DNA from: an uncultured Candidatus Binatia bacterium
Lineage (GTDB): Bacteria; Desulfobacterota; Binatia; UBA9968; JAJDTQ01
DNA length: 64,000 bases
Direction: 5' to 3'
NCBI GenBank assembly: GCA_965213675.1
Contig: CBDCAF010000018.1
Location: 19,905-83,904 of the forward strand
The position numbers and the translations under genes were made by a program. Positions within the stretch are counted from its first letter, which is position 1; every line of letters starts with the position of its first letter. Below the pieces are notes generated by a model that was given only the letters and a program-made list of their open reading frames with translations, did no database searches and had not been told where the DNA came from. This document shows positions 37,586-45,556 of this stretch, one piece after another.

Positions 37586-38257
37586 TCAAACATTGCGTTG
37601 GGGCAATTCCGGCTGTTGTGACAACAAGGCAACTGAGCCCACCCAGGGACGGACGGCGGTGGTGCAGCAAACCTCTACAGCGATTCGGTCGAAATGAGCA
37701 ACGCCGTTCATCATCCCTTGTGGCGCAACTTCCTTCCACGAGAGTCGTACGTTGTCGTAGCCGAATCGGACACCAAGAACAGGGTTCAAAGCCTTGAAAA
37801 CGGCTTCCTTCACCGACAGTAGGATCACCGAGCCTGCAACACCCCAGTCCAGAGGCAACTCGTCGGACGCGATCAGTCCTTTGATTGACAGGAGTTCCCG
37901 ACCGCGGTCCAGAGTCTCGATGTCGATGCCGACGGACCTCACGTGACTGATCCGAGATAGCCCAGCCACAACTTTGGTGCCTTTATGGCTCACGCTCCCC
38001 GTGTAACCCGGTGGCCAGTCTCGGGCGCCGGAGGCGAGGTGCCCTGGCTCATTGGCAGACAGCCCAGCACTCTCCAGCAGATTGGTCAGACAGGTCGCCG
38101 TGGCCTTCCGTCTCGCGCGTTCCACGACGGGGACACGTTCAGCGGACAGGACGTCCTGAGGGCCTGGTAGCCAATGCGCAAAAGAACCGCCCCTGATGCT
38201 CACTTCAGGTGCCAAGCGTTTGAGTTCGTCAACGAGGGGGTCACGTTGCAGATACAT
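37586..38257 (-). CDS. 4'-phosphopantetheinyl transferase (EntD/Sfp-like)
   Basis: WPPGYTGSVSH, VGIDIE, SVKEAVFKAL motifs. Confidence 0.85.
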   Translation of the reverse strand: MYLQRDPLVDELKRLAPEVSIRGGSFAHWLPGPQDVLSAERVPVVERARRKATATCLTNLLESAGLSANEPGHLASGARDWPPGYTGSVSHKGTKVVAGLSRISHVRSVGIDIETLDRGRELLSIKGLIASDELPLDWGVAGSVILLSVKEAVFKALNPVLGVRFGYDNVRLSWKEVAPQGMMNGVAHFDRIAVEVCCTTAVRPWVGSVALLSQQPELPQRNV

Positions 38258-38439
38258 GGTTTGATTTTTGCCGTTTACGGGTCTGCGTGGGGTCGATATC
38301 GGTTGGGTGCCGTGACGACGGCTGGCTTCTCGTTGTCTCCCGTGCCCCAGTTCTTCCGCTTGGGGCATATCGTCTCATCGGGTAACCTATTCTATAGGCC
38401 GCCGGTTCCGTGGGCGAGCCCCCATTGGACGCGATCCTG

Positions 38440-38838
38440 ATGGAAGCCAAACTCAAGCACCTTGAATTTATCCAGGGCGTAGTGAATCGCCTAGCGTCTG
38501 ACTCCTTCCGAATGAAGGGCTGGGCGGTGGCCTTGGTTGCTGCGTTCTTTGTCCTGTTGGCAAGGGAAGGACGGATCGAATTTGCCCCGATAGCCGTGGT
38601 TCCCGTGCTTGTCTTCTGGGGACTCGACGGCTACTTCCTGTGGCAGGAACGTCTCTTCCGTGCCCTGTACGATCACGTTCGGCGTGTGAGTGAAGTCGAC
38701 ATTGACTTCTCCATGGATGTCGGCCCGTTTCGAATGGGCTGGCGACGAACTTGGTTGGGCGCAACATTCTCGAAAACGCTGATCTTCTTCTACGGCGCGT
38801 TGACCATCGCTGTCGGCTTGGTGACGTGCATCTACTGA
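38440..38838 (+). CDS. small membrane protein (about 3 TM), candidate TIR-system effector
   Basis: KLKHLEFIQGVVNRLASDSF.MKGW, FWGLDGYFLWQERLFRALY; three hydrophobic stretches; 19 bp upstream of the TIR gene. Confidence 0.8.
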   Translation: MEAKLKHLEFIQGVVNRLASDSFRMKGWAVALVAAFFVLLAREGRIEFAPIAVVPVLVFWGLDGYFLWQERLFRALYDHVRRVSEVDIDFSMDVGPFRMGWRRTWLGATFSKTLIFFYGALTIAVGLVTCIY

Positions 38839-38857
38839 CCGCGAGGAGACACATCCA

Positions 38858-39355
38858 ATGACACGCAGGGTGTTCTACAGCTTTCACTACAACGCCGACA
38901 ACTGGCGAGCTGCCATGGTGCGCAATATCGGCAGTATCGAAGGGAGCAGCCCCGCATCGGACAACGACTGGGAGGCCGTGAAGAGGGGCGGGGAAGCAGC
39001 GATCAGGAAATGGATCGCCAACCAAATGCAATACCGCTCCTGTACAGTCGTACTGGTCGGGTCGAATACTGCGAACCGCAAGTGGATCAACCACGAAATC
39101 GTCAAGTCGTGGGATGACGGTATGGGTGTGATAGGGATCCACATTCACGGGCTGAAGGATGCCGACGGCAATACGTCAGCCCGAGGAGCCAATCCGTTTG
39201 ACTTCATCACGCTTGGAGATTCTGCGAAGCGGCTATCATCCATAGTGAGGTGTTGTGTTCCCGGCGGCAGCAATAGTCAGGAGAAATATGCCTGGATCTC
39301 GAAGCACCTCGCGAATGCAGTAGAAGAAGCCATAAAAATACGAAACAATAATTGA
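38858..39355 (+). CDS. Thoeris ThsB-like TIR domain protein (MTH538/DUF1863)
   Basis: RRVFYSFHY..D.WR...VRN, WI..QM...SCTVVLVG..TANRKWINHEI (catalytic Glu), G.NPF. Confidence 0.9.
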   Translation: MTRRVFYSFHYNADNWRAAMVRNIGSIEGSSPASDNDWEAVKRGGEAAIRKWIANQMQYRSCTVVLVGSNTANRKWINHEIVKSWDDGMGVIGIHIHGLKDADGNTSARGANPFDFITLGDSAKRLSSIVRCCVPGGSNSQEKYAWISKHLANAVEEAIKIRNNN

Positions 39356-40608
39356 AGACCGCTATCGTCTGTATGAAAGCATCCATCGAGCAACCCAACC
39401 CTGGAGCCGATCCCGGAACGATCACGCGCGTAGCCCTGCGTAACTACAAAAGCATTGCCGCCTGCGATGTCGAGTTGACGCCGCTCACTGTCCTCGTGGG
39501 TCCCAACGGTTCCGGCAAGAGTAATTTCCTTGACGCCCTGTGCTTTGCGGCGCAGGCATTGCGTTTTTCTCTGCACCATGCTGTACACGAGCGCGGTGGG
39601 ATCAACGAGGTGCGCCGGCTTTCCCACGGCCATCCCAACCGCTTTGGCATCCGTCTGGATTTCCGTTTGTCCGACGCAACAGGGTGGTACGCGTTCAAGA
39701 TCGGAGTGCGACGGAACGGCGGCTGTGTCGTACACCGCGAGGAATGTGCTATCCAACACGCCGACCCTGGAGAAAGGCAGTATTTCCGAATAGGCGACGG
39801 TCGTCTACTGTCTACCTCCATCCCACACCCGCCGCCGACAGGTGGAAGTGACCGACTTTACCTACAGTCGGCCTCAGGATTTCGAGCGTTCCGGCCGATT
39901 TACGATATGTTGGCGGGAATGGGGTTCTACAATCTCAAGCCGGACCGGATTCGAGACTTCCAGTCGCCGGACCGCGGGGATCTCCTCAAACGGAATGGAA
40001 GCAACATCGCCAGCGTTCTCGCCAACCTTGAGTCACGTTCCCCAGAGGTTGCAACACGGGTCGGCCAATACCTGTCCAAGGTCGTCCCGGGAACGGTCGG
40101 CGTGGCGTCGAAGACGGTCGGACCCAAGCTGACCCTGGAGTTTTGTCAGCAGGTGCGTGGCGATCCGCACCCTCGGCGGTTTCTTGCCAACAACGCTTCA
40201 GAAGGGACGTTGCGGGTCGTCGGGGTACTCGTAGCGCTTTGTCAGAGTATCGGAGTGGAATCGGGGAACGTGAAACTGGTCGGCATCGAAGAACCGGAAG
40301 GCACCCTTCACCCTGCGGCTGCCGGAGTGCTGTCCGACATACTGCGCGAGGCGAGCGAGCGTGTGCAGGTTGTCGTCACCAGCCAGAGTGCGGACTTGTT
40401 GGATCGGAAAACGATTCCATTGGAATCCATCCTGGCGGTCGTCTCCGAGGACAATGAGACGAAAATTGCCCGGCTTGATGCGGCAGGCCACACGGCACTC
40501 CGGGAAGATATGTTCACGGCGGGGGAGATGCTTCGGATGAATCAGCTTACGCCGAATCCAAAGCAGGTGGCGCCCGTTCACCTGGACCTCTTCCGTAAGG
40601 AGGAGTAG
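39352..40608 (+). CDS. AAA_21/ABC-type ATPase
   Basis: NYKSI, GPNGSGKSN, SEGTLR, IEEPEGTLHP, VVTSQS; start may be 39373. Confidence 0.88.
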   Translation: MKTAIVCMKASIEQPNPGADPGTITRVALRNYKSIAACDVELTPLTVLVGPNGSGKSNFLDALCFAAQALRFSLHHAVHERGGINEVRRLSHGHPNRFGIRLDFRLSDATGWYAFKIGVRRNGGCVVHREECAIQHADPGERQYFRIGDGRLLSTSIPHPPPTGGSDRLYLQSASGFRAFRPIYDMLAGMGFYNLKPDRIRDFQSPDRGDLLKRNGSNIASVLANLESRSPEVATRVGQYLSKVVPGTVGVASKTVGPKLTLEFCQQVRGDPHPRRFLANNASEGTLRVVGVLVALCQSIGVESGNVKLVGIEEPEGTLHPAAAGVLSDILREASERVQVVVTSQSADLLDRKTIPLESILAVVSEDNETKIARLDAAGHTALREDMFTAGEMLRMNQLTPNPKQVAPVHLDLFRKEE

Positions 40609-40633
40609 GGGAAGGTGTCAAGGAGGCGTGTTC

Positions 40634-40984
40634 ATGCCGCGCAACACATCGGTTTCTCTCGGGTATCACTTCATCGGTTTCATCGACGAGCGTGTGCAGT
40701 CCGGTCGTTACAACTCGGCAAGCGATGTGGTGCGCGCCGGGCTGCGGCTGTTGGAAGAGCACGAAGCCAAGGTTGAGGCTCTGAGGGAAGCCCTCATCGA
40801 AGGCGAGCAATCCGGTCCGGCGACACCGTTTGACTTCGACGCGTTCATTACCCGCAAGAAGACTACTCAGGACGGTCAAGAGGGCCGTCCTGAGACCCAG
40901 TCCGAGTTTGCCAGCCAAGACCGCTACCCGGCCGGCCATGAAACGGGACGCCTGAACCGAGACGACATTGACGAAGGCGGTTAG
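40634..40984 (+). CDS. parD: ParD-family (CC2985-like) antitoxin, orphan, C-terminally extended
   Basis: RNTSVSLG.HF..FI...V.SGRY.SAS.V.RAGLRLLE...LR.ALIEGE.SG. Confidence 0.85.
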   Translation: MPRNTSVSLGYHFIGFIDERVQSGRYNSASDVVRAGLRLLEEHEAKVEALREALIEGEQSGPATPFDFDAFITRKKTTQDGQEGRPETQSEFASQDRYPAGHETGRLNRDDIDEGG

Positions 40985-40993
40985 TTTCCTACA

Positions 40994-41233
40994 ATGAGCA
41001 CCATGATTGACCCGAAGGCATGCGCCTTCCAGGAAGATCGCGCTGCGGCTGAAGTCGAAGCTGCCCTGGCGGCGGCCAAGGAAGACGCCAAGAGAGTCAG
41101 GGCAGAGTTTGTCGATAGTTTGCCGCCAGACTCTCTCGCATACGATGCCGAATGGACTACCGGGTACGGCAGCGAGGGTCGCTTGATCTTCACGATAACC
41201 TCCGTATGCGTGACTACCCCAGAGAAGCGGTGA
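40994..41233 (+). CDS. hypothetical protein
   Basis: 79-aa ORF co-oriented with its neighbours, 9 bp after parD; no recognisable motif. Confidence 0.4.
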   Translation: MSTMIDPKACAFQEDRAAAEVEAALAAAKEDAKRVRAEFVDSLPPDSLAYDAEWTTGYGSEGRLIFTITSVCVTTPEKR

Positions 41234-41396
41234 ACCAAGTGACTGCCGACCTGCGAAGGCGACTCGTCGGCACAAGAGTCGATGCATGTGGTGTATGGGT
41301 GGTCACCATCATCCTGCGGCCCAGGCCGTCGGGTTGATCCCATGCCTAGAGATCCACGCCAATTGACAACCGCGGACCATCCCGTACGTTCAAGGC

Positions 41397-41777
41397 ATGA
41401 CCTACCGAGAGCCATTGCCCCCTGGATGTCCGCCGAACCCCGCGGACGAAATCAACCTGCCACGTGAGCTGTTCCGGTTGGTGCGGAGCCTTCCACCCGC
41501 CGCAGAGGACTTCAGATCGTGGCGCGCGGAACAACCGCAACGCGGTTTACCGAAGGAGTTGACGGAGTGCCAAGCCCGGGGACTGTCGGTCTATGCAGAG
41601 CGCTACGACCTGGAGAGCATCTTGAAGCTCCCGAAGTTCCGCGGACGTTGGATCTGTCGCCTGCGGCTGGGAGCGGGCGCGGGCCGGATTCAACAGACGG
41701 GGAGACCTTCGCACCATACTTGGTGGCCGCTGGCTGATTACGATTTCCTCGGCCAGTGTCACGTGGAAACGGCATGA
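41397..41777 (+). CDS. conserved-looking hypothetical protein, possibly ADP-ribosyltransferase-like fold
   Basis: LP.GCPP, LFRLV, DFRS, C.ARGLSV, HHTWW pattern (R...S...H); ATGA-coupled to the next gene. Confidence 0.65.
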   Translation: MTYREPLPPGCPPNPADEINLPRELFRLVRSLPPAAEDFRSWRAEQPQRGLPKELTECQARGLSVYAERYDLESILKLPKFRGRWICRLRLGAGAGRIQQTGRPSHHTWWPLADYDFLGQCHVETA

Positions 41778-44700
41778 GTACGATCCGTTACACCGCCAGT
41801 CTGCTGTACTACGACGGCCCACAGATCATCGAAGCCCGCGACGATGAGGGTCACGATTATCTGGCGTTGTTGGTGGAGAGTGACGGGGAAGACCGCTATC
41901 TGGCCGTGGAGGTTGCCGCTGATCGGTTGCACCAATTTCGCAATGGTTCGCTGGACTTGAGGACGCTGCTGACCGAGTCGGCGAAGAATGGGTGGTATCT
42001 GACGACGACCGCGGATCTCGATCAACCGTTGACGATTGTGCGCCAGCAGACGCCGGTCGGGGAAAGCGGATTTCTTCCCGCGGACGGCTTTGTGCTGCAT
42101 GAATTGGGCTCGCCCGTTGAGCGCAAGCAAGAGAGCGTTGAGATGCCCACGAGACCGCCGAAGCTTGCCGACTCCGCTGAAGCGCGCGCCGAAATCACCC
42201 GCGCCCTCCGCCTGGACCTCGTCGGCCCCGGCGCGGACGGCTATCTCGCCGACGAGCAACTCCCCGGTTGGGTGCGTCCGTCCAACTGGTACCTCACCGG
42301 CTTCCTTGTTCCACGCTATGCCGGCTTTGAGCAGCGCGCCGATGCGGACTCGGACGATGAGATGGAGCCGGAGGTCTGCGAGGACATAGGCGCTGGCGAC
42401 GACTCCAGCGAAGACCGTCGTGCCGCCAAGGCGGGGTTCTTTCCGTCGTCCATGGGTTTGAGCTTTCTCGCGGCGCCGGGGACCGACCGTGTCACCGCGG
42501 TCGTGCGCTGGGGCGACTACCGGAAGGTCGAGGGCAAGGTTTCCGCTGAAGAGGGAAGCGAATTGCCGGTTCGGTGGCAACGCACGCGGTGCGAAGCAAC
42601 CCTGTCCATGGTCTTGCCGGAAGACAATTCGCCGCGGCATCTGCCTGTGCCCCACTCACGGGGCCTCGAAGTCCACGTCGTGGCCCGGACCATGGACGCG
42701 AGCCTCTTTGCCGGGAAGATCGCTCGGGACACGCGCTCCGTCTCCGTATTTCTGGTCAACGCCCGAGCACCGGCCGAGGACGACCGGCGGGACGAGGCAT
42801 TTGCCTTTCAAGCACAGATCGAAGTGCAGTCCGATGTCCCTTTCGCCGTGCGGCCCGACCTTCGCCCTGTATCGGGCGACAACTGGGATGAACGGGTGGC
42901 CGACCTGCACTATGCCGATGTTCCCGAGTATGCTTCCGGGCACGGCGTGGCAGCGACTTGGGAGGTCCGGGGCGGCGCCTGTCATGCCTTGCGAACGGAC
43001 TGGACGCCCATCGCGGAAGTGGAGCATACCGAGCCGCTCACACACCTTGCCCGAACCGAACTGGACATGACTGCGCTGGGCCGGCTCGCCGATGGCGAGG
43101 CCGTGCGAACGGCTCTGATGCCGCTGGTATCCGGATACCGTGAGTGGGTCGAAGCGCATGCACTCGGAGACCTCCCGGAGCAGCGGAAAGAGGTCGCTCG
43201 GGAGTTGCTGCACCGTGCCCGCCTGGCGGCAAGGCGCATGGAAAAGGGCATCGGCGTACTGGCCTCCGATGTGGAGGCGCGAGATGCTTTCTGCATGGCC
43301 AACCGGGCCGTCGCTGCGGCATTGGCGCGGCGCATCGAAGACCCTCCCCGGTGGCGCGCCTTCCAACTCGCATTCGTGCTGTTGAACCTGCCCGGAATCG
43401 CCGACCCTTCCGATCCCGAGCGCGAGATCGTCGACCTGCTGTTTTTTCCCACCGGCGGCGGCAAGACCGAGGCGTATCTCGGTCTGGCGGCCTTCACCAT
43501 GGCGTTGCGGCGGCTGCGCAACCCTGCGGACAACGGACGCGCTGGCGCCGGCGTCAGCGTCATCATGCGGTATACGCTACGCCTGTTGACACTGGACCAA
43601 CTCGGTCGCGCCGCCGCGCTGGTGTGCGCGATGGAACTTGAACGTAAACGCGATGTTGAACGCTACGGCGTGTGGCCGTTCGAGATCGGCCTGTGGGTCG
43701 GCAAGGCGGGCACTCCCAACTGGCTCGGCAAGAAGGGCGACCGCAATTCGGATTCCGCGCGTGCCAAGGTCAACCGGTACAAGGACAATCCGCAGGCTCG
43801 GCCCATACCCATCCCGCTGGAGAACTGTCCCTGGTGTGCCCACAGGTTCACGCCCGATTCCTTTGCGCTGCTGCCGAACGCCGACGCGCCCACGGATTTG
43901 CGCATTTCTTGCTCGAACTGGGAATGCGAGTTTTCCGGCGACCCGCCGCTTCCTATCGTTGCTGTGGACGAGCCCCTGTACCGGCGTCTGCCGGCCTTTC
44001 TGATTGCCACGGTGGACAAGTTCGCGTCTCTGCCTTGGGTTGGACAGTCCGGGGCGCTGCTCGGCGGCGCGGACCGCTTCGATGACGAAGGGTTCTACGG
44101 CGCCGCCGACCCGCGAACAGGGAATCCGCTCACGACGCCGTTGTTGCCGCCCGATCTGGTGATTCAGGACGAGATGCACCTCATCTCCGGGCCGCTCGGC
44201 ACCATGACCGGCTTGTACGAGGCGGCCATCGAGACGCTGTGCGTGCGCGAGGCGGAGGGCCGGATCGTAAGGCCGAAGATCGTCGCCTCTACCGCCACCG
44301 TGCGGCAGGCCCACGAGCACATCCAGGCGCTTTTCGCCCGGCCCGACACCCAGGTGTTTCCGCCGCCGGGGCCGGACCGTCGCGATTCGTTCTTCGCCCG
44401 CACGGTCCCGGCCGCTGAGAAGAACGCTCGTCAGTACGTTGGCGTCGTGGCCCAGGGGCGCAACCCCAAGGTGGTGATGCGCCGGGTGCTGCTGGCGCTG
44501 ATGGCCGCGGCGGAGCGCGTCTGGCGGGACGCCGGCGGCCCGGGCAACAAGCAAAATCCCGCCGACCCGTACATGACGGCTCTCGGCTACTTCAACAGCC
44601 TGCGGGAACTCGGCGGGGCACGGCGGATTCTGGAAGAGGAAGTGCAGAATACGCTGAAGGGCTACAGCAACCGCAAGCGGCTCAATGAAGCGACGAGTCT

Positions 44701-45556
44701 GTTCCGTGATCGCACACGGTTCTCGGACGTAGTGGAGCTCACGTCGCGGGTCAGCGCCGACCAGGTGGCCGTGGCGCGCCGGCGGCTGGAACGTCCCTTT
44801 TTTGATGACGAGCACAACGAGCGGGTGGACTGCGCCATCGCCACCAACATGATTTCCGTGGGACTGGATATCCAGCGGCTGGGGTTGATGGTGGTGAACG
44901 GACAACCGAAGACTCATGCCGAGTACATTCAGGCCACCAGCAGGGTGGGGCGGGACGACAGCCGCCCGGGGCTCGTGGTCACGCTCTATAACGTCCACAA
45001 ACCGCGGGACCGGTCCCACTACGAGCAGTTCCTGAACTACCACAACACGTTCTATCGTTCGGTGGAGGTCGTCAGCGTGACCCCCTTCGCCGCGCGGGCG
45101 CTGGACCGAGGTTTCGCGGGCGCGCTGGTCGGACTGGCCCGGCATGGCCGTTCGCGGATGACGCCACGGACTGGCGCGCAGGACATCGAAGCAGAGCGCG
45201 CGGTGCTGGAGCCCCTGCTGCTTCACGCTTTCGAGGAGCGAGTGCGCGGCCAGCCGGTTCAGGACGACGCGGAACGCGACGAGCGGCTGCGCAGCGTTCG
45301 GCGTCGCGTCGGCGACCTGCTCGATTCCTGGACCGCCATTTGGCAGGACTACCGTGCCAGCGGCGCGGCCATGCAGTACCAGCGTTATGAACGGGGGGGC
45401 GTGGAGAAACCGTTGCTCAGGGACATGCTGGATGCGGATTTCGAGTCGGAGCACCACAGGAAGTTTTGCGCCAACCGCTCGCTCCGCGATGTCGAGCCCG
45501 CGGTGGACCTTTACGTGCAGGACCTCCCAAGCGCCCTGGATGGGGGCGGTGGATGA
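41774..45556 (+). CDS. drmA: DISARM helicase DrmA with N-terminal DUF6575-like extension (DrmA proper from about 42143)
   Basis: LDLVGPG, PSNWYLTGFL, FPSSMGLS, FPTGGGKT, QDEMHL, ASTAT, QATSRVGR; N-terminal YYDGPQ...YLA...RL..F..G.LDLR. Confidence 0.9.
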   Translation: MSTIRYTASLLYYDGPQIIEARDDEGHDYLALLVESDGEDRYLAVEVAADRLHQFRNGSLDLRTLLTESAKNGWYLTTTADLDQPLTIVRQQTPVGESGFLPADGFVLHELGSPVERKQESVEMPTRPPKLADSAEARAEITRALRLDLVGPGADGYLADEQLPGWVRPSNWYLTGFLVPRYAGFEQRADADSDDEMEPEVCEDIGAGDDSSEDRRAAKAGFFPSSMGLSFLAAPGTDRVTAVVRWGDYRKVEGKVSAEEGSELPVRWQRTRCEATLSMVLPEDNSPRHLPVPHSRGLEVHVVARTMDASLFAGKIARDTRSVSVFLVNARAPAEDDRRDEAFAFQAQIEVQSDVPFAVRPDLRPVSGDNWDERVADLHYADVPEYASGHGVAATWEVRGGACHALRTDWTPIAEVEHTEPLTHLARTELDMTALGRLADGEAVRTALMPLVSGYREWVEAHALGDLPEQRKEVARELLHRARLAARRMEKGIGVLASDVEARDAFCMANRAVAAALARRIEDPPRWRAFQLAFVLLNLPGIADPSDPEREIVDLLFFPTGGGKTEAYLGLAAFTMALRRLRNPADNGRAGAGVSVIMRYTLRLLTLDQLGRAAALVCAMELERKRDVERYGVWPFEIGLWVGKAGTPNWLGKKGDRNSDSARAKVNRYKDNPQARPIPIPLENCPWCAHRFTPDSFALLPNADAPTDLRISCSNWECEFSGDPPLPIVAVDEPLYRRLPAFLIATVDKFASLPWVGQSGALLGGADRFDDEGFYGAADPRTGNPLTTPLLPPDLVIQDEMHLISGPLGTMTGLYEAAIETLCVREAEGRIVRPKIVASTATVRQAHEHIQALFARPDTQVFPPPGPDRRDSFFARTVPAAEKNARQYVGVVAQGRNPKVVMRRVLLALMAAAERVWRDAGGPGNKQNPADPYMTALGYFNSLRELGGARRILEEEVQNTLKGYSNRKRLNEATSLFRDRTRFSDVVELTSRVSADQVAVARRRLERPFFDDEHNERVDCAIATNMISVGLDIQRLGLMVVNGQPKTHAEYIQATSRVGRDDSRPGLVVTLYNVHKPRDRSHYEQFLNYHNTFYRSVEVVSVTPFAARALDRGFAGALVGLARHGRSRMTPRTGAQDIEAERAVLEPLLLHAFEERVRGQPVQDDAERDERLRSVRRRVGDLLDSWTAIWQDYRASGAAMQYQRYERGGVEKPLLRDMLDADFESEHHRKFCANRSLRDVEPAVDLYVQDLPSALDGGGG

